A stretch of 64,000 nucleotides of DNA, taken from contig NC_043000.1 of the NCBI RefSeq assembly GCF_006345805.1, forward strand, positions 42,842,001-42,906,000, given 5' to 3'. The notes under the pieces are model-generated. The model did no database searches. It was not told the DNA's origin and saw nothing but the letters and a program-made list of their open reading frames with translations. Each line of letters starts with the position of its first letter. Within the stretch, counting starts at the first letter, position 1. A program made the translations under genes and the position numbers. Positions 1 to 12,679 of the stretch are shown piece after piece. The stretch comes from Octopus sinensis (lineage: Eukaryota).

Positions 1-696
1 CTGACTGTGAGTAATTACCATTGGACCGTGGCCGATATGATTCTAGTGTCCTTGTTAGCAACTGTTGGAATGATTTTCATCTCAATCCGATATATACTTT
101 CTTCTTAAACTTAGCTCGCCCATAAAAGGTTTTATCTCCAGACGAATACAGCCGTAAATTTGCCTGTCAAAGATGCAATTACATTAAATACGATACAAGT
201 TAATTAGTTTATCAATTCCGCTCGGCGGTTACTTGTAATACCAGTGAATGCTTTTCGCTGTTTTCCAGTATAACGGAGGCGACAAATTTTGTTGAAGCAT
301 GTTGCTGACTATGACTACGCGTAACAGACAAAATTGAGAGGAGCTGCAATACGTCTGGTGTTGTCACTTGTTGCCACTGGAAAAAACTTTTCCCTATCGC
401 TGATATATATCTATATTTCGCCATGATAGTGTCTTCTCGGTATTATGTACTTGAAACAATTCGAAACGAATGAATTGCTGGTCTGTGAAATATATCTAAA
501 TAATGTGAAGTCTATTTGCTGGTGAACTGCGACATGACATGAAGATTAAATTACGGATTGAAACTAGCTCTAATAACGTATACATTATCGGTCGCACATA
601 CATAATATATGTGTTCTGTGTATACGCGCATTTGCTGCGGTATATCAATATCTATCATTCTCAATCATCTCAAGGTGCAGAGTTTTATTATTGCCT

Positions 697-699
697 ATA

Positions 700-759
<60 letters not shown>

Positions 760-947
760 CATACATATATATATATACATATATATATATACATATATAT
801 ACATACACACACACATATATATATATATAATATATATATATATATACACATATACATATACATACATTCATACATACATACATACATACATACATACATA
901 CATACATACATACATACATACATACATACACACATACATACATACTT
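697..947. repeat. Compound (TA)n/(TACA)n microsatellite
   Basis: Directly visible; source of the YIYI/HTYI pseudo-ORFs. Confidence 0.95.
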
Positions 948-984
948 ATAGATGCATACAACCATATTTTGTTCCATTATAAAT

Positions 985-1102
985 CAAAACTGTCCGAAAA
1001 ACGGGTACGTGAAACACTGAGTAATAGTTTTTGTGATGTCTTAGCAGCTTTTTTAATAAAGCATATTAATCTACTCTGTTACGCATTTATGCGCTTACTC
1101 TG

Positions 1103-1105
<3 letters not shown>
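985..1105 (+). mobile_element. Degenerate copy of the HHR mini-element family seen at 12419-12648
   Basis: CTGT-CCGAAAA-ACG ggta CGT-GAAAC actga GTA-ATAG followed by ...gcagctttttaataaagcatatta..., which matches the 12.5 kb element; flanked by microsatellites. Confidence 0.65.
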
Positions 1106-1159
<54 letters not shown>

Positions 1160-1352
1160 TCGCTACGCGCGTTTCCAAAGATCGCATGACTCTAAAGATC
1201 ACGGTCCGTATTCCTGAGAGGATTACTGTATCGTCCGTAATATCCGTGGGTATGGCGTTGATCACCATTAATTTCTTCAAACGAAATTATGGAATTAGAG
1301 CTTTATTTGCATATTCAAAACGTTTCCTATAAACACATTTAAAAGATAGACA

Positions 1353-1435
1353 TGTGTGTGTGTATGCGCGCGTGTGTGTGTGTGCATGTTTGTGTGTATG
1401 CGTGTATGTGTGTGTGTGTATGTGTGTGTGTGTGT

Positions 1436-1486
<51 letters not shown>
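1353..1486. repeat. (TG)n microsatellite
   Basis: Directly visible. Confidence 0.95.
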
Positions 1487-1487
<1 letters not shown>

Positions 1488-1978
1488 CAGGCTAGACATT
1501 CATTGAAGGATTGAGCTCCCAGGGAAAAAAAGAGTTCACTTAGAATCACGTTCTTTCATACTTCGGCGTCTGTTTGCACTGTTAAACAAAAATTAGGTTG
1601 TTCTTTAATTGTAGCGTTCAGTATAGTTAACGGTACTGCACGGAGCTCTATACTAAGATGTCTCCACTGCCCCTGACACCAAAACTGAAAAAGCGCTGTA
1701 TAATGTGTGTGACAGAATAAACCTAAGATATATGAGTCGCGCTTCTACGTTTAGGTAGATTTCACCGATTCTGCTTCACAATTGCGTTATGTTTACGATA
1801 AGACCGGATACAGTATGACATCGTTGGTCCATTTCAATGGTGGTTTTTCTGCGGAATACTCAACCATGTACACTATTTTTCATTAAGTAATTCACTTATC
1901 TGAACTATAGGAACGTTTATTGTAGAAGCCGTCGTTGATCAATTTACGTAATTTATTCTTTTTCGTTAACTGTGATAC

Positions 1979-2168
1979 TTATTTTGTATGCATTTAGCGA
2001 AGTCCTCTCTGATGCAAACATTTGGGTCATGTTTTCGGTTTGAGCACACCTTCCCTCCTTCCGACCCTTCTGAGTCTGGTTGGAAGAAGAGAAGACGATT
2101 TGCTCAAACCGGAAATGTGCTCCAAAAGCTTGCAGTAGGGTGAACTTCGCTAAAGCCATACAAGATGA
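1979..2168. other. Long imperfect inverted repeat (hairpin) in non-microsatellite sequence
   Basis: ttgtatg..tttagcgaagt...cggtttgagca pairs without gaps to tgctcaaaccg...acttcgctaaa..catacaa; inner stem cttccctccttccgacc/ggttggaagaagagaag; 11-nt loop. Confidence 0.85.
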
Positions 2169-3112
2169 AAAGTGTTGGTGTTAAACCTAATGATGGTTTA
2201 TGATTAAGATGAAGTTAAATAGAAGACAAGGAGGGCCTGAAATCAGGAAAATCAATTGACTTCAAATATTTTAAATATAAATCTTTTACGTATAATTTAA
2301 CATTTTATTTATTAGGAACGTCAGAACGTGGAAGTAGCGACAGTTAATTAGAGGTAGTTTTCAAACACGTTTCTACTGGTCAGTTTTTCATCACGTATGA
2401 CCAGCCATCATTGTGTTCATGGTCAATAGCACTTATCTCTTATAAGCAGTGTCCATCTTGCAAAACATCTACAATGCAATAAATATACTAATATATACAG
2501 ACATAAACTACACGTCTACGCAAATTCTGTTTGAATGGGAAGCTTGAAGATAGAAATACAATGTAGAGAAATTGTAATTTTGAAAGCAATTTCGTATTAT
2601 ATATTGTATCAATTACAGACATTTGCATTCTTCTAGCTTACGTTGGCAATTTTCTTCGAAGCTATTGCAAGAGAAGAAAAAAGTGAATGGCATAATGATT
2701 TACTTTACCATGGTCAAATTCTTTTTAGATTGAATTGAAAGACTACACTATTATAATAAAATTAGAATCACTGTTGCTCAAGATACGTAAATTGATATTA
2801 ATTATAGCAAGAAAACAATGATTAGCTCTCTCTCTTTCTCTCTCTCTCTCTGCCTCTCTTGTATCAGCACCACCATTAATACCGCCATCACCGCAGGCCT
2901 GATAATCGTCAGCAGGTTTTCTGAGATTGAAATCTCAATGCTTTACTTTGTTCTCAATAAGATAAGATAATGCTCAAGATTATCATGTTTTCACTGACCC
3001 GGTCAAACTAAACAGCCAGCCATTGAATATATATATATCGGGCTTTGGGAAGTATATATATACGAGTGATGAGTGTGTGTGTATATGTATATATGAATAT
3101 ATTTATGTATAT

Positions 3113-3165
<53 letters not shown>

Positions 3166-3182
3166 TATATATATATGTACAT

Positions 3183-3213
<31 letters not shown>

Positions 3214-3388
3214 CATGTATATATATATGCACATATGCATGTAAGTATATACACATACATATTTATGTTAATATAATTGTGTAGGTGTATATGTGTGTAT
3301 ACATACATATATACATATATATGAATGTGGGTATATATGTATATACATATATGTATATATGTATATATATATATATTTATATATATAT

Positions 3389-3425
<37 letters not shown>

Positions 3426-6400
3426 AGACAGAGACTATGAGAGACACATAGAGAATGACAGGAAGTGAGATAGATATGCCTAAATAAGAACTGTAATGCA
3501 AAGATGACCCTAAGGTCAACGTAAAACTAGTTATCTTGATAAGATTGGGCTCAAAGTAGACACTGAATGAATTAACTGTATCATTGATAGACTAAGATCG
3601 GTTGGCATTTCAATTGATACAGTATAAAACTTGTTCATAATTTTCACTGTAATTTCGTTCACGGAAGTTCATATGTTTTGAACTGATTGTCCCTTGGCTC
3701 TTCTATGTCAGTTACATATTTCTCTCTGACTATTTATTCTGTATATTTAATACAGTGAGATGCTCAATTCTCTAATAATTTGTCATTCGCAAACAACAAC
3801 TAGGCAATCTTCGAATCAAGTTGCCATCTATATTTCTCGCTGTGTCGTTCTCTTTGTCTTTCTCTGTAGCTCTCTATACATGCATACATAAATGCGTAAA
3901 CACTCATATATATGCGCATATATACATACACACATACATATATAAGCGTGCATGCACACACATACATACACACACATACACACACATATATATGAATGCT
4001 TATATGTTTATATTATACAAGTTATATATGCTCGTACGCATGTGGGTCTGTGTTCATGTGGTTATGTTCTCTAGACTTTCAGAAAAAAATTATCAGCGTG
4101 TGTTCTTCACCGTGTAACGTATTGTGCCATATATTACTGCATAATATATATAGTATTGCGCGCGCGCGCGCGCGTGTGTGTGTGACTGTGTGTGTGTCTG
4201 TGTGTCTGTCTATATATGCGTTTACATCTACGTTTATTACACAATAACATGCTTTGCCCGCATGCATATATTGATTGTGGTTTAAAGACCTGGAAACAGG
4301 ATAACTTAGGGATATATTTGCTAAGGAATTGCAAATATTTAATGCGTTTATTGCATTATTATCCTTAATGAAAACAGTACAATTTTGTTCTAAACGTCCA
4401 AATTTATAAAATGTAATTCTGCGATAAATGCTTTGTTTATTAATACTCTATTTATATTGGATTGCTGTTATTATGGAAACTAAATAAGTACCGTCAGTTA
4501 AAGTAATCAGTACAGTACCAGGTAAATAAGCAGAGAACTGGAACGACTTCGTAATAGTATCTAGCTGACCTTATGTTCTCTTCGTTACGAGAGAAAATAT
4601 GTTCATATTAAAGACGTATACATGCATTGTCAGTAAATTCTGCATTTCTTTCGGCGTTGCTTAAAAATATTATGTAAAAGACAACAACTAGAAAATACTG
4701 AGGTTTATGCACTGCTCAATACCCTCTAACTACAAAGATTAACATAGTGTTTGATCAAATAAACGCATTATTAGAAATATAATGTTGGTGAGCATTGAGG
4801 AGTAAGAGATAAGCTCTCAAACGGACCGAGAACGTGTGGTTTGTTTGATGCTCATTTACTTCAAATTTACTTCTGAAGTCTTTGAAAAAGTTTCCCAAGT
4901 CGTATTATCTTAGTCCAATACCCAATGCAATTTCTGGTTCCGTGGCTTTGTAACCGAATTGTATTCACTTATTAGTATTGTAATGGGGAGTTGTGAAAGC
5001 TTCGGAGAGCAAGACGTAGATATTTGATAACCGAAGCTGTGCGATCTAGTTTCAATCTCCATCTGTGGCAATTTTGAATTTACTCTATATAAGTTTTCTA
5101 AAATTGTGAAAAAGTAACAGTATGCTAACATCTATTTCTTTTTTGGCTATTAGTCAAAGCATTTTATACATTCAGTAAAATATCACCCTTATATATTATA
5201 GAAAGAGATGTCAATGACAATGTAAGCATTTATTCTTCTGTTGCAAAATGTATCACACACGTTCCTCTGTGTTTCAATGAATTGCAACGCACAAATTCTA
5301 ATGAAGCTATGAGTGTTTGTTTCTCAAATTTGAGGGTGATAATATAGTTCTATGCTTTTTTATGAATACAGTTCTATAAGGGGACTTTTAATATATGTCA
5401 CCGGCTTGATTGAGGTACTTTTCAATCAGGTAAAATCTTAAATTATTAATTGACACATTAATTAGCATTATAGCATATCCTGGAAAAAAACATGTAATAA
5501 ATGGAAAATGGAAGTCAAAAATATTATTTTTAAGATTATAAACCTGGAAAAGTACAGTACAAGTTATTGCAGTTAGAAAAGTTCAGGACTACTTATTATA
5601 ACTGGTAAAGTAGAGAACAAGAAATTTTTTTTACTTGAAATATTCCACCTAAGGATAAAATTTGAATATTAAAAATTATTTGATTTTAATTTTAAAAGTA
5701 ACATTATAATTAAATAAGTTATCATTATTTTGTTAAAATATTGACACAGTAGACGACTTAAAAAATGAGAGCCAGAAATACCAATTTAGTTAAAGTTTTA
5801 TGTAAAGTTGAATAATATATATGGTAGGAAAATTCATTACTTAAAAATTAGTCATTGGGTCAAGACTAAAAATGTGAAAACTTGGCAATAACTTAGGCAG
5901 TGACTCAAGCAAATTTTACTGTGAATTTACTATTATAGGTAGTTGTTACTATAATATATAACTAATGCTTGTATTATTCTATTTATTGTACTAACTAATT
6001 ATGTACTACTATTATCTTTTATAACCTATTTTCCAATTTCTAATCATTTCTTGATATATTTTAAATTTTTAATAGAAGTAACAAGTAATAACAAACTTGT
6101 AATAAAAGTTTTAGTTTTAATAAAAGCTAATATTTTCTAAATCTAAATAGTTTATTTGAAATTTTATCCTTAGCGGCAATATTTTAATTACAAATTTTCT
6201 TGTTTTGTACTTTACCCGATTGAATAAATTGTTCTGAACTTATCCAAGTGTAATAACTAGTCCTGTACTATTCCAGGTTTATAATCTTAAGAATATTATT
6301 TCTCTTGCTCGCATTTTTCCATGTAATGATAATATGATGCCCAATCGAAACCGAATGGCGTTCAAATAGTAACTATATTGTGGGATTTATGTCTTCTGCA

Positions 6401-6544
6401 CCGATAAAATAACAACAAAATATGCTCCAGTAACTTCTACCTTTGAGCATCGATTTCACATTTTCTTATTATTAACAAAAAAAAGCAAAAATTGCATAAG
6501 CAAGAAATGTTTTTAATAAGTGTATATATCTTCGTATGCTGTCA

Positions 6545-7245
6545 ACATTTTATTGACTCTCCTCACTAGCACGAAATTTGGAGTCTGCGTGGTTGATTGT
6601 GCTTTTTAAGATTTCTTTTGGGAATGAAGTGGTGCTGGTGGGGTAGGTGATATTGTCGGTATGAGAATCTGCGTCTTCTTGTGGGTGTGTGTGTGTGTGT
6701 GTGCCGGTGTGAGGCCGGATGTTTTCCCATCTTTTCGTCTTCACTTCGTAGTGTGGAGGAACCAGAGTCCGTTTCAGATATGGGAGGGTTTGAGTTTGTG
6801 TTTGTTTATATGAGTAGGAGATGGAGAACTGGGTTGAGGAACGCCATTGGTAGTCGTCTCTGCTGATATTCTTGACGTTGGTGGTGACACTTGGGTGGTT
6901 TTTTTAATGCTGGGGCTGTTGTTTCTTCTACTGCTCTTTCTCCTACTACTGGTGCTGTCGGTCGTTCCGCCGCTGATGGAGTCAATGCTGGAAACACCGA
7001 TACTGCCTCCGTCATTTTTGTGTAGTGAGTTTTGCTTGTGATACACTAGCCACTTTGGTGTTATTGCTACACTCTTTTTGCCTTGTTGTAGATGTTGTTC
7101 TTGCAGCAGTGGCTGTTACGTCAGAAGGGGGCCCTCCTTTCTCTCCTTTTGTTTTTGATGTGTGGGCAGAAAGCTCGTGGATGATCTTTCATTCCACAGA
7201 CATGACATCTGGATCGTCTACCCTCCACACACTTAACTCTTCCAT
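6545..7245 (-). pseudogene. Gag-like/ORF1 retroelement fragment with CCHC zinc knuckle and Thr/Ser-rich tail
   Basis: RCHVCGMKDHPRAFCPH (CX2CX4HX4C) at 7166-7207; downstream frames broken by stops/frameshifts. Confidence 0.65.
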
Positions 7246-7743
7246 TCGGCAGAATCGACAACACTACCGACAGCCACACATGCAGAATGTGTGGTAAGAT
7301 GGGTGAAAAGGTACGGCACATCGTTAACGAATGCCCGAAATTGCGCAACGCGAATACAAAAGACATGACAATGTAGCAAGAATGATCCATTGGAAGTTCT
7401 GTGGAAAATTTGGCCTACAAAGAGAAAAGGCGTGGTATGAGAAAACTCCAGAAGGAGTCACTGGGAATGAAAATTGCAAAATCCTGTGGAATGCAATGAT
7501 TCAGTGCGGTCACCTGACCAGATATCGGAAACGGGACATTGTGGTAAAACAAAATAGGAAGAACATGCATGATAATCGACATAGCATGTCTCGGTAACAG
7601 CAGGATCAAAGAGAAAGAAGAGAAACTAAACAATTATAATGATTTGAAGTGGGAATTACGAATGTCGCAATACCAATAGTAATTGGCGCATGTGGAAGTA
7701 TCAGCACTCCATTACCAGCATGGCTCAAAAAAGTTAGTACAAA
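7246..7743 (+). mobile_element. 3' fragment of an RLE-type non-LTR retrotransposon (R4/Dong-like)
   Basis: CRMCGK..HIVNECP..AQREYKRHDNVARMIHWKFC..WYEKTPE..NENCKILWN..RKRDIVV: the CCHC plus restriction-like endonuclease region; frameshifted. Confidence 0.8.
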
Positions 7744-7745
7744 TA

Positions 7746-8664
7746 TTGGGTCAGCCCATAAATAATGCAGGTTTTTATACTTCTTTTATTTTTCAAAATT
7801 AAGAGAAACAAAGTTCTTTTTTAATCTAAAATATACTCTCCTTCATTTTCTACAATGCTTTTCCATGTATCTGGTAGTCTTGCAAGACTCCTCTTCCATA
7901 ATTAACTTCTCCTTGACGAAAAATACTCCCCCACTACTGCTGTGACCTCATCCACAGAATTCATATTTTTTCCGTCCAAATGATTTTGAAGAATGCGGAA
8001 TAGATGATAATCAGATGAGGAAATGTTCGGTGAATATATGGTGGGTGGGGCAACGTTTACCATTTAAACTGCTCCAGCATTTGGAATGTCATCCTGGATG
8101 TATGTAGCCGAGCATTATCCAAATGGAAGAACCACTTTCGTCTTGAAACCAAAGATAGTCGTATTTCTTCTAGTGCTAACTTGAATGTCTGGTTGAATGA
8201 ACAAATCCAAGCTTGTCTGCTAGATCCTCAACAGTTACAATGGGATTTTGTTCCACCAAGGTTTACAGGACGTCCTCATTGAGCTCTACAGATCATCGAG
8301 GACGGGGATCGTCTTCTAGGCTGTAGTTTTCGGCTCGAAATTTCAGGAACCACCGTTGACACTGGCTTACGCTTATTGTCCGTTCCTCAAATACTGTATT
8401 AATATTCTTCGCACTTTCCGTTGAATTATTGCTTTTATTGAACTCATAATGCAAAATATGTCGAATATGCTCCTTTGTCACTTCCATTATAGCTTTGAAA
8501 ATATAAATGGTAAAATCGAACTTCAAAACTTGCACTAAAAATAGGTGCAAGGTAAAATTACTACCTACTTTTATAGCAAGTTGATGCAGGTAGTTTATCC
8601 TGTCTCCTTCCGACTTTTACTACATGCAATTGAAAAAATCTGCATTATTTATGGGATGACCCAA
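7746..8664 (-). mobile_element. Internally deleted mariner (Mos1-like) transposon
   Basis: TIRs ttgggtca(g/t)cccataaataatgc with TA on both sides (7744-45, 8665-66); MEVTKEHIRHILHYEF..QRWFLKFRAENYSLEDDPR N-terminus; DDD core largely deleted. Confidence 0.85.
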
Positions 8665-8834
8665 TATAAAGGTAGAATACCAACAAAAATAAACATTCTT
8701 TGGAACTACAGGAATTATGCGTTGGGTTCCTGAAGTATGATCAGTAAACAAGTGTCACTTTAGTCTGCTGGCTGTGGACAGCTGATACATTCCATCATGC
8801 CCAAGAAAATAAGCTGCGAGTTTTCATCAACTAC

Positions 8835-9059
8835 TAATAATAATAATGCCTTCAAATTTTGCCAGATGGGCAGCCACTTTGGGGAGGGAATGAGTCTATT
8901 ACATCGACTCCGGTGTTTCATTGGTACATAATTTGTCGACCCTGAAAGGATGGGAACCAAAGTCAACCTCGGCAGAATTTGAACTCAGAACGTGTAGAGA
9001 GACGAAATACCGCTAACAATTTCGCTCATTGTGCTAATAATTTTGCCAGCACACCACCT
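8835..9059 (-). mobile_element. SINE, same family as 17926-18156
   Basis: Reverse complement matches gctggcaaaa..gttctgagttcaaattctgccgaggttgac..tttcagggtcgac. Confidence 0.75.
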
Positions 9060-9279
9060 AAATAATAATCCTTTCTACTAGGGTAAAAGGCCTGAGGATT
9101 GGAGAGAGGGGACTAATCTTCGTTAATATTAATAGTGATGATGATGGACTCTCCCGTCGAAGACGACGTATGGGCGTTGAGCTTTTGCCGAACAACCTGC
9201 TCAAATTATATTTTATAGTGATCAAATGTACATGTTGTACATTAGCTCACTCTCTCCATCAAATCGACGTTGTCTTAAC

Positions 9280-9408
9280 AGGTGTCGAAGTGGTCGCAGA
9301 GCAACGTCAGGTGAAATATTTAGCTCAAGAACACAACGCACTATTTGGTCTAGGAATTGGAATGACGATCGCTAGATTGTGAGTGCAACACCCTAACCAC
9401 TAAGCCAT
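9280..9408 (-). mobile_element. tRNA-derived SINE 5' fragment
   Basis: tggcttagtggttagggtg A-box-like head, then gcgttgtgttcttgagc. Confidence 0.6.
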
Positions 9409-11291
9409 AATAAGTAATAACAACAATAATAATGTGGAGACCTATGTTAATTGATTTGGTTGAATACCATACATTACATTAATTTCTTGGTTTTTGTTTA
9501 TGAGTATCTTTCACCACTTCGAAATCAATAAAAAATTACCAGTGATAAACAGAAAGTGGCTATTCTATTGACTGCATTCCTCTCTTATAACTCTATGGCT
9601 TTATGCCGATATAAGAAACTATTATTAATTATAATAGAACAGCCGGTTCCATTGAGTTTCTGAACGGACATCTCTGACAGCAAAGATATCTCTCAACTCA
9701 ACATTATATTACAATATACAGGATAATATTTATAATAACACAATGGATGTGTATGTCAATTGCAACCGTCGATGTAAGTTAGTTACAGGCATTTCATACA
9801 GATGTCGCCATGGAATAAACACTGAAGCATAAACAGAGGTTGTAATAATGACTTAGTCTTGAAACACATGATCACTGTTCACCCCTTTAGAATTATTATG
9901 TATGCATAAAATCACAGAACATAAATAACAAGAGTTCAACACGAGTGTTCACAGTATAAAATAGAAGAAAGGAGGAAAATTTTATCATGAAAAAGAGATG
10001 GACATACTATAAGAAGATTTTCGAGTTACCGATTTAACTACAATCTTGAAAGAGAGTAAGCTTTTAAAATTACTTATTGGTTTCATCTCAATATTTTGAA
10101 GTAATATTCAAATGTTGTTTAATTTTGCTGTTCTTTACTGTTATTCTTGGTTCAACACTCGATCTAAAACTGATCTAGGTGACCTTTGGTGAAAGAATTT
10201 ATAATGATAGTTACTCCTTCATGTAATTTTAGATGTCATGAAAGACTATATTATTTAAATCTTCCTCCTTTACCGATTTATAAATCCGCGAAGTTTGAAG
10301 TGAGGGCAGATGGTTGGCATTTTTTCCAGGTTACCAGTGGTAGAAAAACGAGTAAGAAGCGAAAACGATAATATAAAGGAGTAATGCAGATTAGGATGTG
10401 CGAAAAGGGAAGCAAAGGTTGCAAGTTGCCTATTGAAATCAGGTGCCGTGGCTTTCCATTGACGTTAGTGTGCTATTTTCTGCAGAAGATCAATTTGGAA
10501 TTGAAGCAGTTGAAGGAAGTTATGAAGGAGATAGCCATGATGTTTGATGAATGAGTGCAGGTGGAATATTTTGGCAGGTGAAAGCTAATTCAGTCCTCTC
10601 TGCCTCCCAACCCCAAATTCGAAGCGCACCGGCGAAAAGCTTGTGACTCTGTTATACTTGCTCAAGATACGGGAAGATTCCCCACCAGTAAAATCTTCAA
10701 GCAGATCCTCAACTTTTTGCGTAGATCAGAACATCTTTGGTGTTTATTTCTCTCATTTGACAATGAAATAACATAATCATTCCAATTCCATGCTAATCTT
10801 TATTATCTATGTATTTTTCTCTTGTTGTATAACATCTTTTGGTTATATAACTATAGGTAATTGAATAGACTAAGCTGTAATAACATTTCTTCCTTCACAG
10901 TTTTATTACGGGTAATATTTCTGAGAAGCGACAAACTTATGCTGGTCGTAGCCTTTCAATAGTCAGTCATAGCTTAACAAAAATCCTTTCTTGGAAAGGT
11001 TGAATTTGCTGTTGCTAGTACCTTTGAAAGGTAGTTTTTCGAATGAAAAGAATTCTGCTCATGTGATTGTTAATTTTATTGATAAATCAATAAAACACTT
11101 TGCCTATTTCGATAGCAAAACTTTTGATTTAATAGAAAAAGTTCAGAAACTTGATCCATTTCTCGTTTATCAACCAAAGATCACTGGACGAACTGAACTG
11201 AACGAATACTTAGCTGCCATTCATGAAATGAAAATGGCTGTTGATTTTCCTCCGTGTTGTGCCATTAGTAATGAAAATGTTGGCGTTCCGT

Positions 11292-11292
11292 T

Positions 11293-11362
<70 letters not shown>

Positions 11363-11536
11363 ATGTTTCAACCGCTTTTAGTGATTTCTTACAATGGCGC
11401 AAGGCCACAATTATCTCCCGGTGGTACGCATACCTTGTTTGAGATAAGACAGTAGCATATATATTTACTAGTAAAATCTCAGATTTAGCAACCGCACAAA
11501 GAGAAAAAAAAGGGGCTAGGTAAAATAAAAGTGCTG

Positions 11537-11588
<52 letters not shown>

Positions 11589-11625
11589 AACTACTACAAC
11601 TACTACTACTACTACTACTACTACT
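11292..11625. repeat. (GCA)n(GTA)n and (CTA)n trinucleotide tracts in inverted orientation
   Basis: (GTA)n ~11311-11362 and (TAC)n ~11538-11625, about 175 bp apart. Confidence 0.9.
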
Positions 11626-11932
11626 GTTGTTCTTGTTGCTATTTGTGTGACGTTTTATTTTAGATCTTTTTGCTTTTAATGCATGTGGAGGCAGAGTGTT
11701 TAATAATATAAACTACCTGCAGAGTAATGGGTCGATGCGATCGATTGTAACCTCCCATAAATTTCTACGCTCTCGTATATGCATCTTAAGATACTGTTAT
11801 TGTCAGAATAATGATGTAAATAATGCTATCTGATTGAAGTGGTATTTTGCAGGGACCATTTACGTTTTGAATTCAAATTCTATCGAAGAATATACATAAG
11901 CACACATGTAGACACACACACACAAAGACACA

Positions 11933-11976
<44 letters not shown>

Positions 11977-12354
11977 CACATTTATGTTATTTACATATAT
12001 CCGTTACTTTGGTTTTCTTTATATTTTCATCCTAAATTTGTCATTATACGAACAATTTTTCTAATTTCTGTCCCCTTCTTTGATACGTTTACGCTCGCTC
12101 TCATTTATGTCCTTGCAAATCTTATGGGTTGTGAGCACTGTTGGAATAAATAATTTGGTTCAGCCGACGAAATTTTGAGAAAGATTTCTAATTGACAACT
12201 GACGAACAGACTTTCCAGTATCCATTTGTGGTTTCTTTCAGTTTTACTGGAAAAACCCGTATGAATCTTGTTATCGTTTCAAATATCTGTGTGTGAGTGT
12301 GTGTATATATGTTTGTGTGTGTGAGTGTTTGTGTATGCATAAGTATATGTATAT

Positions 12355-12418
<64 letters not shown>

Positions 12419-12421
<3 letters not shown>

Positions 12422-12648
12422 GAAGTAAACATATAAATGTGAAACAAGGTGGGAAAAAGAGTACTCAAATACAAGGGTAGAGTAATATGCTTTATTTAAA
12501 AGCAGCAGAAAATTCAACAAAACCTGTTACTCTGAGTTTCACGTTCCCGTTCGTCAGACAGTTTTTGCTAGAAAAACTGCCCGACGAACGGGCACGTGAA
12601 ACTCAGAGTAACAGGTTTTGTTGAATTTTCTGCTGCTTTTAAATAAAG
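12419..12648. mobile_element. Head-to-head palindromic HHR mini-element in (TA)n
   Basis: ~79-bp inverted arms 12490-12568/12570-12648; each arm carries an HHR motif; (TA)n on both sides. Confidence 0.85.
12524..12561 (-). ncRNA. Minimal type I hammerhead ribozyme (canonical core)
   Basis: CUGU-CUGACGA-ACG ggaa CGU-GAAAC ucaga GUA-ACAG: stems I, II, III and all core bases present. Confidence 0.8.

Positions 12649-12679
<31 letters not shown>

Noticed and set aside
1-424. Possible small gene: - strand ORF 424-233 spliced via a 69-nt GT-AG intron to 163, or hydrophobic + frame 1-207
   Set aside because: Splice signals are plausible, but the products are short, unrecognisable and mutually exclusive
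1157-1260. GAAAC-GCGC-GUA (-) and CUGAGAG-GAUUAC..GUAAUAUC (+) hammerhead-like halves
   Set aside because: Cores and stems are too decayed to assemble a complete motif; at best relics
12195-12270. CTGACGA followed by a tttccagta/tactggaaa hairpin
   Set aside because: Stems I and III cannot be formed convincingly
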